A stretch of 64,000 bases of DNA from Felis catus (GCF_018350175.1 NC_058368.1:72108001-72172000), one strand, 5' to 3'; positions 39,336-53,900 are shown, numbered from the stretch's first letter. Translations and numbers: made by a program. The notes: generated by a model not told the origin, from the letters alone.

Positions 39336-41135
39336 ATAGCTATAGGAACCTACAGATTAGTGGCAGAAAGGATAAATGATGAAAAAAGGTTTGTACTGAA
39401 CAAAGGCAGATTATGGAGTATGTATGCTTTCTGGAACTTAAAACATTAAGAAAATCAAACATTTTTTACAGATTCCCCATTCTATTCTCTATCTGGGAAT
39501 AGTAAAAATAGAGTATAGGAATTTAAACCCTTGAAGGCTGAGGCTACACACAGAAAATGAAATCGGGATTTCAGGTAACATTTGTAATGGAGTTCTGTAA
39601 GAAGCTTTGAAAAACAGGCTACCATTTCTGGTATTCACATAATTACATGCACGTGTGTGTGAAAGTACATACAAGTGTGTGTACATTGGAGTGTGTGGGT
39701 GTACGTGAGTGTATTCTTGAAACTATGTAAATGAGCCTCATCTCAAAGACCAAGATGACTGGAAATAAGGGGGGGGGGGTATAAAAATGATGTAATTTGT
39801 AGAAAGTAATGAAACACAAATATTCTTATACAAAATGGAAGAAAACAGTAAACATTTTAGTTTAGTGTGATAATCTTTGGTCCACAGCAATTAGTGTACG
39901 AATTAATTGATAAATTTAATAGGTATGTAGTGTTAGTCCAGTCATGGCCAAAGAACAATGTGAAAAGTACTAATGAAAATGAGTTTGCCGTTTTGTTTAT
40001 GGTTGGGATTTTCAATGCTCGGATATCTCTAAATATTCAAAGAAGATACTTGAAATTGTAGGCTGGTACAATCCGATAATTAGCTCTGATATATAGAATT
40101 TCCAGAAATACAGAGCATTACTAATATATAGCAAGTGATTAAACAAAAACCATTTTATAACTAATGATAGATCCTAAAGCAAAGCCCCGTCTAGTTTACT
40201 AAAACTGTATAAACTAAGAAGAAAGTCAGATGTCAGTTAAAATCCTGATTTTTTTACTGTTGGTTTTTCACTTGGGGTCAGATAAAATGTGTGTGTGATA
40301 CATATATATATATTACCTATATATAATATGCAAAAATATTAGTAGGTTTGAATTTTACTGCAAAAATATTAGTAGGATTGAATTCACAAACTTGAAAAGA
40401 AATTGCCTATAGATTTATTTTACTTCTTTCTAGTAAAAAATGTGGGCTGGAATTATATGGCATTTTAATTGGCCAATGGTTATTTAAAACCATATTGAAC
40501 CTGGCTGTAGCACCAATTTGAAGAAAATAAAATAGTTTTCATTTTATCTATAGACTACACATATTTATGTCGTCAGAAAGAGGACATTAAAAATCTATGT
40601 ACGGTAAGCAACGTACACAGGAAAATCCACATCTAAGTACCAGATTTGTAAAGCAAGGATAAGGTGGCTATCCAACAGCAGATTTTCACTGGTTATGTCT
40701 AATGATATGGGTCAGTTTTCACTTTTGAACTCACTAATTACATGTTTCTTCAATAACTAGAAGCTGCATAAAGCATTTGCATCAGTGGCAGAAGAGAAGT
40801 TCCCAACTCTCATTTGAATAATCTGTCACTGTTGCTGCAAACTGAAAAGATCTGGAAGAAATCATTTCCACTATGCCCAGAGGGCCATTTTGCTTGTGTA
40901 GCTGAAGCACAGGAAAACACTTAAATCCTTCCTTGATATGCTCACAGTGGGCATCCTTTCTATCAAATATATATATATTTTTCTTTTGTTGACTACCCTT
41001 GGTTAGAAGCACAGACTTTGGAGATAAACAAAAGTAAAAGGATGAAATGCCTAAAGTGATTTTAGGATATGCAAATGACAAGGAAACCTTTTAAATAGGT
41101 CTGTCTTTGCTTTCATTAAATAAAAAGTAAAACCC

Positions 41136-41356
41136 AGGGCACCTGGGTGGCTCAGTCGACAAGTGTCTGACTTCGGCTCAGGTCACGATCTCGCGGTTTG
41201 TGGGTTTGAGCCCGCTGTCGGGCTCTGTGCTGACAGCTTGGAGCCTGGAGCCTGCTTCCGATTCTGTGTCTCCTTCTCTCCCTGCCCCTCCCCTGCTTGT
41301 GCTCTGTCTCTCTCTCTCTCTCTTTCAAAAATAAACATTAAAAATTAAAAAAAAAA
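41136..41356 (+). mobile_element. Can-SINE
   Basis: Typical head, (CT)n and A tail. Confidence 0.95.
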
Positions 41357-41510
41357 GACAAGTCAGATGCAATTTGAAAATTCTGAATGTATAGGGCCTT
41401 CTTATAATTCCAGGTAAGACTTGTTTTCTAGCCTTAGTTTTTCATTAACATCTCAATTATTATTCTTGCAGTGCTGGGGAGTGTGATCCAAGAATATCTT
41501 ACCTCCCTCC

Positions 41511-42643
41511 TCAGGCAAGGAAAAGAAGAGCAAAGATAAACTATTGGACTGCACCAAACTAAAAAGTTTCTGCATGGCAAAAGGAATCATCAACAAAATG
41601 AAAAGGCAACCTACTGAATGGGAGAAGATATTTGCAAATGATCCATCCAATAAGGGGTTAAATATAAAACATATAAAGAACTTCTACAACTCAACATCCC
41701 CCCAAACTGAACAATCTGGTTAAAAAATGGCCAGAGAAACTGAATAGACATTTTTCCAAAGAAGACATCTAGGTGGCCAGCTCATGAAAAGATGCTGCAC
41801 ATCACTCATCATCAAGGACATGCACAATGAGATATCACCTCACACCTGTCAGAATGGTTAACGTAAAAATAAAACACAAGAAACAACAAAGTTGGAAAAA
41901 ATGAACGCTTATGTACTGTTTTGGGGAATGCAAACTGGTGCGGCCACTCTGGAAAACAGTATGGAGGTTCCTCAAGAAATTGAAAATAGAATTACCATAT
42001 GATCCAGTAATTCCACTACTGGGTATTTTCCCAAAGAAAACACAAACACTAATTTGAAAAGATGTACGCACCCCTATGGTTACTGCAGCACTATTTACAA
42101 GAGCTAAATATGGGAACAATCCAACTGTCCATCAATAGATGAATGGATACAGAAGAGGCAGTATATATATACAATGGAATATTACTCAGGTACAAAAATG
42201 GATGAGATCTTGCCATTTGTGACAATATGGATGCAGCTAGAGGGTATTATGCTAAGTGAAATAAGTCATACAGGGAAAGACAAATACCATATGATTTCAC
42301 TTATACGCAGAAGCTAAAAAAGAAAACAAATGAACAAACAAAAAAAAACCCCAGAAATAGATTCATAAATACAGAGAACAAACTGGTAGTTGCTGGGGCG
42401 GGGGGGGAGGGCAAAGTTAATAAAGGAGATTTAGAGGTACAAACTTCCTGTTATAAAATAAATAAGCCATGAAGATAAAAGTAGAGCATAGGGAATATGT
42501 TCAATAATATTGTAATAACTTTGTATGGTGACAGATGGTAACTACACTTGTGGTGAGCATTGCATAATATATAGAATTGTTGAACCACTTTGCTGCACAC
42601 CTGAAACGAATACAACATTGTATGCCAACTATATTGCAATAAA
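41511..42643 (+). mobile_element. L1MA9/L1_Carn-type element, 3' 1.1 kb
   Basis: 'aaaatgaaaaggcaacctactgaatgggagaagatatttgcaa', 'attaccatatgatccagtaattccactactggg', ending 'gtatgccaactatattgcaataaa'. Confidence 0.92.
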
Positions 42644-43342
42644 TATCCACTGACCTTCACTCACACCAACTCTACTTTTGAAAGGGTCTCTACTCTTTGA
42701 TAGAACCATATATGTATGCCAAGCATCTTCCATGTAACAGAAACTATGAGAATGGTCCATCATGCCTGTCATCTTTCTGCCATCAGCCATATAACCTTCA
42801 CACATTTCCATTTACATTTTTGGGGTATGATTATCAATGCCATAACATCCAATCTGTTTTCATACATAACTGGGCACACAGTTGATCATTTATTCTATTC
42901 CATTTCTTATAATGACTATGGGCACCAAGACTAAATTCTCTTTTAGTGTCTAGAGGTCAGGCAAGTTGATGATTAATATTTTTATGATGATGTTCAAGGG
43001 TATTACACACAATTATGCAAAATGGCAATCTGGCCCTGAAGCATTTCATTCTCAAACAACCTTTATGTAATGACAGAAGGGGAACAGCCACCAGTCCAAT
43101 TTCCTATACTATGTGCATCTTACTTTTACTCAAAAGAGTAATTTAAAAATATTCCTAGGATAATTCTAGAGCCAAGAAAACTTTTTTTTTGTGGATAATG
43201 GATAAAAGTCAAACACAAGAAAATTCTGCCAACATAGACTGCCTTAATTTATTAAACTATTTTTCTTACTTTGAAGTTAGCTCTATCGATAACATTATCT
43301 GTAAGCACATATTTTACCCTTATTTTTTAAAATTCAGAGTTA

Positions 43343-43441
<99 letters not shown>

Positions 43442-43873
43442 CTATAAAATGGTTAAATAACAATGAAAAAACCCACATGCCGTAAGTATCAAAATACTAT
43501 ATATATATACATATATATGCTATAGAATTTCTGCCTAAAAAAATACACTATATAGAATGCATTAAATGAAAAATGAACATGTAGTTGTGAAGCACTGCAT
43601 AAGAATTTTCAGGTATTTATCATGAATATGTTAAAGGCAATGCATATGCTAACTGAAATAATATAAAATATTATTTTGTTTTATGAAACCAATTTAAAAT
43701 GGAAATTAAGAAATATTTTTTTATAACTCAACAGTCCCACTTCTGAGACTATATCCAAGAAAATAATTTGGAGTATTAATAAAAAGCTTTATATACAAAG
43801 GTGCTTGACAGACAGATAATACAATTATACAGGTCTCTATTACAAAAATCACACAACCATTAAAAATTCCCAT

Positions 43874-44365
43874 TGTAGTAGCTGGTCTCTAAGAGGACCC
43901 CCGGTGTTCACACTCTTGTGAGCCTCCTCCCAAGCTGAATATGGTTGGTCTATTGAATATGTTACGGAAATGATTGTGTGCGATTTATTAATAAGACCAG
44001 GTGACGAAAGACATTGTGGGTTTCAGTTTACTCTTTGTTGGATCACTCACTCTGGTGGAAGCCAGGTACCATGTTATGAGGACACACAAGCAGCCTAAAG
44101 AGAGGTCCATGTGGTGATAAACTGAAGCCTCCCACCATGTGAGTGATCCATCTTGGAAACTGGTCCTCCAGCTCTTGTCAAGTTGTTGTACAACTGCAGC
44201 CCATCAACATCTTGACTCCAAACTCATGAGACATTCCGAGCTAGAATCACTCAGTTCAGCCTGTTCCAGATTCCTGACCCATAGAAAAAGTGAGAAATAA
44301 ATGTTTATTGCTGTGAGCTCTTAAATTGTTCATAACTTATTATACAGCAATAAATAACTAATGCA
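43874..44365 (+). mobile_element. MaLR LTR (MLT1F/G-like)
   Basis: 'gatcactcactctggtggaagcc', 'ttcctgacccatagaaaaagtgagaaataaatg', ending 'atacagcaataaataactaatgca'. Confidence 0.8.
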
Positions 44366-45364
44366 CTCATGAATTTTAATAGTATTGAAAAAATGCTCAC
44401 ATTACAACATTAAATAACAGTATACATGGTAGAAGTGCAACAAGAAACAAAGAAGAACAATAGAGAAAATGCTAGAAGGAGGCACTTTAGAGATGTTAAT
44501 GATGCCTGCTTTTGTGAAAAACAGTCTTTCCCCTTTTCTTTGTATTTCACCACATTTCACAAACTTAAAAAAAAGAAGCGCATGCTTCTTTTTTGGAATG
44601 GGTAAATTAAAGTAAAAGAAAGCAACAAAAAAGTAGAATTTTTAAAAATATTTAATATTTAGTCCCTTTTCAAGTCTCTAAAGTTCCACATTCATTTGAT
44701 AATCTTTTTCATCCCTAATTTATGTTCCTCCTTTCAATTTCCCTCTTAAGAAATTATTCCCATCTGTTAATATTGGAGGGTTAAGCAAGAAGGTAAAAAA
44801 GTTAAGGCAATTCAGTCATGACTTTTAAGTACCAGAGAGATTTATTATGCAAAATTTAATAGCTAGCTCTTTTCCAAGTTCCACGGGTATATAACAAGGA
44901 GAAAAAAGCTTCCAAATATTATTAAATTTTGACAGTGTATGCTTGGCTTGGGAGAAGTGCCAATATATTTCTGTTTAAAAGCCATGTCCTTTGGGATCCT
45001 ACCAGAACTTAAAGAAGATACAGAATCATCTAGATGACAGATTTTTACTGATGTCACCATGTCTGCCACACCATGGGTATCTGGGCACAGATACATTAGT
45101 CTTTCTCTAACCAGACATTATTCTCAACAGGACCATTCATAGTTCCCTTGAAGTGTAGTCCCCTTGCCTGACCTTGATATTTTCATCAACAGCAATATCA
45201 GAGGAGGAATCTACCTTCCCCTACAATCTCACTCCAAATTCAGAGATGCCCACCAGAGGGTCTCCTGCCTCGAGGAAGTGCCATCCTTCGCCATTTCTAT
45301 TTCTCATCGGGCACTTACGCAGGCGCTGCTGTGTCTAATTTAACCAGTTTTCCTATCTCCCCAC

Positions 45365-46042
45365 TAAAGGACAAACACGAATCTAAAAAGAAAAAAAATT
45401 TCCTCCATGATAAAAGTGACTGTTCTCCTTCCTTTTCTTAGAGCATTTCCTTTAGAAAACATGACTTTGTAGATTCTTCGCCTCCCCCTTTGATGTATAC
45501 ACAGCACTTATTTTACAACCCAAGAATGGTTTTCTTGGGAGGGGGGTGACCTCTTTGATATATAAACACTAGCCAAACAGCACCCTATCTATCATTCCCT
45601 TCTCCCTTCTTCTGGGGCAGGGGGGGGGGGGGGGGCAGGGAGCGATGGGAGTGTCACTTAGCAACCTGGCTCCACATTCCAAAAGTACCTACTTGTCTTG
45701 AAGAGATGAGAAGTTTTCTTTTTCTTCTAGATAAAGGTAATTAGCTACCACAGATGGCCACCCCAATTACCAGGTGAATTTAGGGGGAACTCTATTTAAT
45801 AAATGATCCTGTCAAGTCTTCTTATGTGAGGCCTAGCTATTTTCATCTTGAGAACACAGATGTAATATATATACAAGGTGAAATTGTTTTGTCTTTGTGG
45901 TCTCTTTAGTGGGTTGCCTGTGATGCCCACTGCCGTCTGGCTTAGTGATTATTCAATAATAAAACTGTTTTCTTTCTTGTCTACCTTGATGGAGATGTTT
46001 TCTGGGTTGGCAGGATATTTTATTTTAATGATTTTCCTAACA
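45365..46042 (+). mobile_element. ERV1 solo LTR (MER34-like)
   Basis: 'cttagagcatttcctttagaaaac', 'gatggccaccccaattaccaggtgaa', AATAAA, and end 'ttttcctaaca'. Confidence 0.72.
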
Positions 46043-46752
46043 CCAGACAGATGGCAGGCTACTTAAGGACAGTGAGGTTATGTTATTCGATTAAATTCGA
46101 CAAGTAGTTGACTGGGCTCCATCGATGTGTCAGACACTGCCTGGTCAGGAATATAAATATGATATTGAGCTCACTGCTATGAGGTTCACAGTTCAACTGG
46201 GTTGCTGTAGGTGGGCGGCCTGGGAGAAAGAGCACTGTGGTGGGAGACCTCAGTTAGCGACCAGACACTGAGTTTCAGGGCCCTTGTCTGTGAAATATTA
46301 TGGATAAAACAACAAAAGCTCAACGAATTGCAGCTATCGCCTTTTCTGTTTAATCTTCTCCCAACAACCCTGTGGTTTGGTGCAGCCTGTATGAAAATAT
46401 ACAGTCATAAACTTAGATATGCAAAAACTAAAATAATTTTCTTGATATTTCTACACATGAATTGAATTTAGTCCATAAACCCTCCATTTGTGCTGATGGC
46501 TGAAAGCTGCATCTTGCTATATCAATTCAATTTAGTCTTTCAAAACTCAGTTACATTTGAATAAATATTCCTTTTGTTGGTCGAAGGTCAATGATGTGCT
46601 TCTCATCAGGTCTGGTCCACTGTGGCCATGTGGCCTGTCCTCTATCCACCTTCAGGGACAGTGATAGTGCTTGTTTTGGGGGCCTCTGCTGAATTGGTCA
46701 CCACCTCAGCTCCTGCAGCTCCTACTAAGATCTGAATCTCAGTGACACCCCT

Positions 46753-47208
46753 TGTGTTAGTTTCCTAGGGCTGCTGTAATGAGTTGTACAAGCTTAGTGG
46801 CTGGAAACAACATAAGTGTATTCTATGATTGTTCTGGAGGCCATTGTCCAAAATCAGGTTGTCAGCAGGAACACGCTCCCTCTAGAGACTCCAGGGGAGG
46901 GTGAACCTTGCCTTCCATCTTCCAGTGGTGCCAGGTGCTAGTTAGCTTGTGATGGCATTGCTCCAGCCTCCACCTCTGTCTTCATGTGGTCTTCTCTTTC
47001 TTCCTGTGTCTTGTCCTCATTTTGTTTCTCGTAGGGACACTTGTCATTGGATTTAGGACTCACCTGGATAATCTAGGATGTCTCATGTCAAGAACCTTAA
47101 TTTAATTACATCTGCAAAGGCCCTTTTTCCAAATAAGGCCAAACTCACAGGTCTGGGAGTCAGGATGTGGATGTATCTTTTTGGGGGTCTCCATTTATGC
47201 CCTTCTAC
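46753..47208 (-). mobile_element. MaLR LTR (MLT1C-like)
   Basis: 'tgtgttagtttcctagggctgctgtaa...ccttaatttaattacatctgcaaagg...ttttccaaataagg'. Confidence 0.87.
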
Positions 47209-48231
47209 TCTCCATCTAGTCTCCAGCTTGGGACATTGCTCTTACACTAATGCTATTCCTATGCACTGGCTCTCAACTCTCAGGAAAGCTGAGAAGTTCT
47301 CCCATTCCAGGTGGGAACAGAGAGAGATTTGTTTCTGAGGCTCTCTCAGGCCTCCCCTCTCTTTCCAGAACTTCTCAGACCTCCAACTCTGTGCAGGCCA
47401 CCCCTTGTCCATGCAGGGCCTCCAGCAAGGCTACCTCTTGCCAAGTTCTGGTGAGAAGTGGGGGCCAAGTCATGGATGCTGAACACGCCCAGGTTGGCAC
47501 CACTACTGCTGCTGCCCCTGAGTGTGCCTGCCGCCCTCTGCTGCACCCCCCTGCTTCCCTCAAGCTCCATCCTGGAAAATGTCATTCCTTGTCAGAAAGG
47601 AGGAATGTGAAGCAAAGTTGGAGCAGGGGTTGAGAGTGAGGCTCATACCAATGTGAAGACTGACGACCAGAAACTAAGCCCAATCAGAGTATCACACATT
47701 TAGTTCTGTGCCATCTGAGCATTTAGATTTCTGAGAGCTGATCTGGGACAATAGGCCTCGGTGTGTCTTCTGAGTGCTACTTATTTAAGATTGTGAGGCA
47801 CTGATAGGGTCCAACCCTGTGCTACTAAGATATCAAGATACTAAGGAGAAAAGATGATTTTGGCAGGAAGAGAATTATGAGAACGGATTTCCAGGTGGCA
47901 TGAGCAAAGACAAGGCCTTGGGAACATGTGGCTTATTAGGGGCCAGGTGAGCAGTTAAGTATCACAGAGCACTGCCACCAGAGGCCAGAGAGGTAGGATG
48001 GAAGGGTGGCAGTTGGCCCAAATGCCACCAAGGGAGGCTGGGAGGTTGGCAGGTATGAGAGGGAGGCTGTAATAATCACTAAGTGATGACATTTGCTTCC
48101 TCTCTGTTAAATTTGTCCTCCCAAATGTAATTTTTAACGCATAATGTAGTTATTTTAAATTGGTTCATTGAAACAGTAACTACACAGCATAAAGTACAGT
48201 TTGACAAAGGGCTATTAAATATATAAGGTTT

Positions 48232-48450
48232 TGGAGCAGCTGGGTGGCTCAGTCGGTTGGGTGTCCGACTTTGGCTCAGGTCATGATCTCATGGTTTGTG
48301 GGTTCGAGCCCCGTGTCGGGCTCTGTGCTGACAGCTCGGAGCCTAGAGCCTGCTTCGGATTCTGTGTCTCCCTCTCTCTCTGCCCCTCCCCCACTTGGGC
48401 TCTGTCTCTCTCTCGCTCTCTCAAAAATAAATAAAATGTAAAAAAAAAAA
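48232..48450 (+). mobile_element. Can-SINE
   Basis: 18-bp TSD attaaatatataaggttt. Confidence 0.96.
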
Positions 48451-51400
48451 ATTAAATATATAAGGTTTCCCATGTAGCTGGGAGTTGGGCTTTCAAGATA
48501 GAGAGAAGGCAAGACTCCAAAAGGAAAAGGTTTGGCTTTGCTAGCAAACTCGATGAAAGGGCTCTGAGGATTGAAAGGCCCACACCCACAGGACGAAGCC
48601 GCTGGGAGGGGTTTGGACAACAAATTCAAGAATAATGTAAAAGAAAGTTGAAAGCTTGCTTTCAACTGTCATTAAACCTAAGTTCATTCAACAAATATCT
48701 TTGTTTAGGTGTTGCTGCTTAATTAACCTGACAACATGATGGCGCATGCAGAATCTGTACTGAAAAATCTGTGTGGAGCTCTCATTTCCTCCCCAAACTC
48801 CATTTGGATACGGACTTTTAGCCTGGTCCTTGTTGCCAAGCACTGTGATAAGGTGGCGCCTTGGCACTTAGAGTGAGAGGTGACCGACGACGTCTGGCTT
48901 TGATTGCCTGTTTGGAATGGAAACAGAAGGTGCAGGAGAGGCGGGGCTGAGCTGTGGCCGATTGCAAGGAGGTGAGAATTACTTTGTGGTTCTTTTCTCA
49001 GACTCGACTAAGGTGGCAATAACCACTGTGATAAAGAAATAGAAGTGAAGGGAGGGTGGCAGCTCGGCTCCTGTTTTATTTAATTCACGTTGTCAGTGAG
49101 ACACTCTTTTCCTTCAGACCCGGTGCTGTGCACAGTTGGGCTGAGTGGGACACTGATCTGGTGTAGGCTATTCCAAAACCCCAACCCCTCCACCGCCCTG
49201 ACAAAGTCATAGGAATGGGGGACAAATCCTAGTTCTGAAAGCAAGAACAGTTCCCAGTTCTCCCAGTTTCCTTCTGCACTTTTTTGTTCTGTTTTTATAG
49301 AAAGCTGAGGTGATGCTTATCGGAATCTGAACCCATTACATTGACGTCTGAATCTTATTTTCAGTCAGTGTTTACCCACAGGCGCCACATGTGCTGTGCC
49401 AAAGGGTTTTCCGTAGCCAATATGTGTGATTCACAGGTGTATATTAAAATGTTATTGCTAGAATAGATAGGTTTTTTACAGGGACTCACCACATTGATTC
49501 ACAAGAGCTTCCTCATTTCCACGGAACGCTTTTACCTTTACACTTGGCCAGTTCTAAATTATGCAATTAACCTGCTCTGCTTTATTTACTTTTTTTTTTT
49601 AATATTTGGATTTACATAATACTTGGATTTATAATGTGGCACAGAATACTACATCACAATTTTTCTGAATGATGTACTTTCAGGGGCAAAAGAGGCTAAT
49701 GGTCTATCCTTTCATTTTCTCTTGAGCTTTGTTAGGGCACACATATACTTTCAACACAGTGGTATTTAATTTGTTCAATGCTTTAGAAAAAGAAGTTCAT
49801 CTGTATATTTTTAGGCGTTGGCTGCTAGTCACTTTTTTAACAGAGCTATATAACTTTCCATTATATTAATAAGCAACACAAGTATTTGTTCTACTATGTA
49901 ATATACAACTGATGTAATACATGTACCTCCTTATTTATGAGCAATACTGATACACTACAAATCACCAATTTCAATGAAAAAGTGTAGAATAACTATTAAA
50001 ATATCACAGGTACCAAATTCTTCTAGTTTGCTCAAGATATTTTTAGCATTGACAATACATTTAGTGGGGAAAATGCCATATTAAATCTCTGGGGGGGGGC
50101 CATCCAATCTCGTTCCTAGAATTTTTATGAATGACATACCAACATACTAGTGGGATTTTTGACCTTCTAGCTTAGTGGATTTCAAAGCATCCATTTCTGG
50201 GTTCAATATGGCTCCTGTCCCAGTGTCTTAACAGGTGTTCAGCTACCATTAAATCCTATGGCCTCTCTATCCTTCTCTAACTGCTGTTCTCACTCCTTAC
50301 ATTGTACTGAAAAAGCCAGATTCTCCTGAGCTAAGGGTTTGCTAGGTATTTGCTATGTTTTAAGTTTTATACATTCAACCATAGACAATTAATCTGTTTT
50401 CCTTCCTTTTACCCAGAACACATTTTAGCACAATTTGACAAATTACGGAAGCAGGTGTGTTCCCCAGTATCGTTATTGCCTCCAGTTTTCTTGTGACAAG
50501 ACCATTTTGCCCAGCACAACAAGGTTCTCCTCTACCGAAGACTCAACTTTTGGGTCAGCATGACTCAGACTACTGAAAGTCATGGTTTATTTTGAAAGAG
50601 GGTGGCCTTACCATTTTTTGAGTGGGTTTTCTTGGCTGAGAATGTCTACCTCTATTTTGCATTCTTTCTAACTCTGCATATAGTCCTGTCCTTGTCCTCC
50701 AAATCTTCCCCGTTCCCTTCCCACTTCTTCAAAGTTAACTTGTACTACTTTCTTTTCCTTCTGATGCAGCTTAACTATAGCCCATTAGCCGAAATGTCAC
50801 CTTTAGTTTTATTTCTCTCTCTACAATGAGCTTTATTAATAATTCCTTTTTAAAAATTATTTTCAAGCATACAACAGGAGCACAGCAGGCACCTGGTCAA
50901 CACCCCATAATCCCGTGTTTTTCTTTTTCCTTTTTACCATTTAGAATCACACTATCCTAAGTTGTCTCACAAGCTGTGTTGGAAACAATCTCGTTTTTTA
51001 CACAGGTCAACAAAAAGTCAAATGCAATCAGAGCAATGTAAAATGGGGTATGTTCAACACAGATGCACTTTTAAATGAATTCTGTAAAATCAAGTTATTT
51101 AATTTACACTTTGGAATGCCATTTTTGTCAGCAAAATATGACTATTCTCAGAAAACTGCCACTACAGAAGCAAAATCAAGAGATTGCTGTGTTAATTTAA
51201 GCACTTCAAAGGTAACAAAAAGACTATCCACAATGAACGCTTAATTACATTTTCTCTCTTTCAGTATTCACATCACAGGGCTTTCCTTTGAAACAATAAT
51301 AAAGGGAAAAGCACTGAGCAAAAAAAAAAAAATAGAGTCTTTCAACTGGGTAAGTCTTCAATAGCCCTTATCGCCTAATCATTGGCAAAAGTGGGGGGTG

Positions 51401-51577
51401 GGGGGGGGGAGACGAATTTCACAAGCACTGGGCAAACCGCAATCAGTCAGGACAGAAATACAGAATAAATACCTGGTGGATGAGAGAGACATTTTAAAGA
51501 GACAATAGATAATGGTTATGAATATGCATTTGCTATACACTTAAGCTTGATTTTCATTGTGGGCTGACAAATTGGTG

Positions 51578-51591
51578 CCCCCAGGGGGCGA
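51578..51591 (+). promoter_or_regulatory. CTCF-like motif
   Basis: CCCCCAGGGGGCGA, 12/14 match to CCASYAGRKGGCRS, in a repeat-free stretch. Confidence 0.4.
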
Positions 51592-52534
51592 TGGAATAGC
51601 CTGCTGTTTTTTATTCCAGAACAAACTGCAGCCAAACATTTTTTTTTTTCTTATTTTGCTGCCTGGCATATGCCTGTCCTTGAAAAGACTAAATCAGGGA
51701 CTCCCTGGCTTGTGCAGCACGACTTGGCAGGGTGGATAAAAAACAAATCAGAGCTTGTATATTTATGTGGACTTTTTTTTTTCATTTGGATTAAAATGCT
51801 TTGTAGTATTTTGCAAAAAGAAGCATACAATTTAAGAAAAATGCTCATTTTAATTAAGTTCAAGCCTAAAGACAGGCTTATGGAATGGAGATTTTAACTT
51901 GTGTTTGGATTTTAAGGGGATGTGATGCATATTTAACACAGGCCTAGGGCCTCCATCCACATATTTTATCTGTCAATCCACAGACTGTCTCCAGCTGTTT
52001 TACTGCCAATATTTTAACTATTTCAGTTCAGGTAGGGCTGGAATGAGTGGGAATCAGAAGTATTATGTGGGCCCTAATAGAAGGCAAGCCACAGCCTTTT
52101 ATCACTTGCATCAGTAGGTCTTAAATCACAGGTTTTATTTGTTTGTTGGTTGGCTGGTTGGTCAGTGTTTACTTGTCCTACTTCTGTCCTAGGTATAGAC
52201 TCAAAAAGGGGAGGGATTGAGCTCTTTGCCAAGCTGGCCAGGAGGTAGGTTAGTACTTAGACATAGCAGTTGAGATTCAGGAAAACTGGGCTAAATCAGA
52301 TTGGGCTAACATTGTAGAGCCTGTCATAGTGACTGTGGGTTGGAGGATGTCCAGAAAAGCAGAGCAACTGCTGATCATGTTTTAGGCAAAATCTCAAGTG
52401 AACTGGCAAAGTGACTTTGGTCCCAAGACTTTTTGGGTAGTATAGTATGAAAGGGACACTCAGATTTCATGTCTTGTGGAGTGCCTTCTTTCAGTGAATT
52501 AATTAGCTCTGATTTAAAAAAAAAATCATTTATA

Positions 52535-52742
52535 GGGGCGCCTGGGAGGCTTGGTCGGTTTTGGTTTCGGCCAGATCATGATCTTGTGGTTCATGGGTTC
52601 GAGCTCCACACTGGACTCCATGCTGACAGTGCAGAGTCTGCTTGGGATTCTCTCTCTCTTTCTCTGTCTCTGTCTCTGTCTCTCTAGCTTGCTCTGTCTC
52701 TCTCAAGATAAATAAATAAGCTTAAAAAAATTAAAAACATTA
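52535..52742 (+). mobile_element. Can-SINE (diverged head)
   Basis: TSD aaaaaaatcatttata. Confidence 0.92.
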
Positions 52743-52929
52743 AAAAAAATCATTTATAAATTTAAAAAATCTGAGTAGTTGTCCTTTTGGCTTTAGATTT
52801 CATAATCAGAGAACCCAACCAAATATCTCAAAGCTTAAAACACTTCACATAAATCTGGTTAAGAAACACCTTTGAGTTTTCTTGCAGCAGTGTATTTTAT
52901 CTGGCTCACACTATATACAAGCAGTACGT

Positions 52930-53900
52930 TAAGATTCTTTAAAGACCAGAAATTTAAAACAATTAGAAGACAGAGGAGAATATTTTTCCCACATCAGGGT
53001 GGGAAAGAATTTCCTAAGCATGAATCCAGAATAAATATTGACCATAAGTGAAAAACGGATGGTTTTGACCATGTCAAAATATAATGTCAAAAGCCATCAG
53101 AGACAAATTGAAATAACAAAATGCTGCCTAACAGGAAATTTGCAACTCCTATAGCAGTCACGGGACTACTATCCCACAGGATATGTAGTATTCCGACAAA
53201 TGCATTCTAAAAAGACCAACTAGCTTTTAGAAAAACAGGTAAAACTTACAATATGATTGGGTGGGTCACAAAGATGGCCAGTAAGCATATGAAGAAGTGC
53301 TCCCTTATCAACAACTACTGAAATGCAAAAATGCAAGCTAAAGGCCAAGTGATACTACCATCCAACTCATCAGACTGTCATAATCTTAAGCCTAACCATG
53401 TCAACTATACATGAGGAAGGCAGAACATGGGGTTCTCAACTGCGGCACTTGGGAGGGTGAGCTAGTATAGCTTGCCCATTGAACAGGGCTCAGCAAGTGT
53501 CAGGTCCCTACAGTGAATATTTTAGGTTTTGAGGGCCGAGAGGCAACACTGATGATGTTCTATGCGTACTTATATAGTAATTTTGAAATGCACAAACCAC
53601 TCCTGTGCATTGCTCAAGGGCTGTATAAATAAAGCCTGTGGACCAGATTTGATATATGGGCTTGCAGACCCATGCTATAGAGCCATCTGGGCAGGATCTA
53701 GGATCTGGAGTTCTACTTTCTGGCATATAACCTAGAGAAACACTCACACAAGTGGACACACTGTATACATGTATTAGTTGCAACATTGTGAGGGCAAAAC
53801 ATTGGAATACAACTTAAATATCCACCAGGAAGGACTGATAAACAAATATGACAGTCAGTCATATTCCATATATTCATGATTATATATACTAATGAACTTT
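52930..53900 (+). mobile_element. Old L1M ORF2/3' fragments with a nested MER58-like element
   Basis: 'gggtgggaaagaatttcctaagcatga', 'taagcatatgaagaagtgctc', 'tctactttctggcatataacctagagaaac'. Confidence 0.6.
53484..53673 (+). mobile_element. MER58-like hAT-Charlie element
   Basis: 'cagggctcagcaa...cagtgaatattttaggttttgagggcc...ggaccagatttg...ttgcagacccatg'. Confidence 0.65.

Noticed and set aside
44569..44594. Short hairpin aaaaaagaagc-gcat-gcttctttttt resembling an intrinsic terminator
   Set aside because: Eukaryotic intron; low-complexity arms make a chance palindrome likely.
47250..47633. 127-aa GC-rich ORF
   Set aside because: No recognisable protein similarity, overlapping ORFs on both strands simply reflect local GC content, and it is antisense to NALCN.
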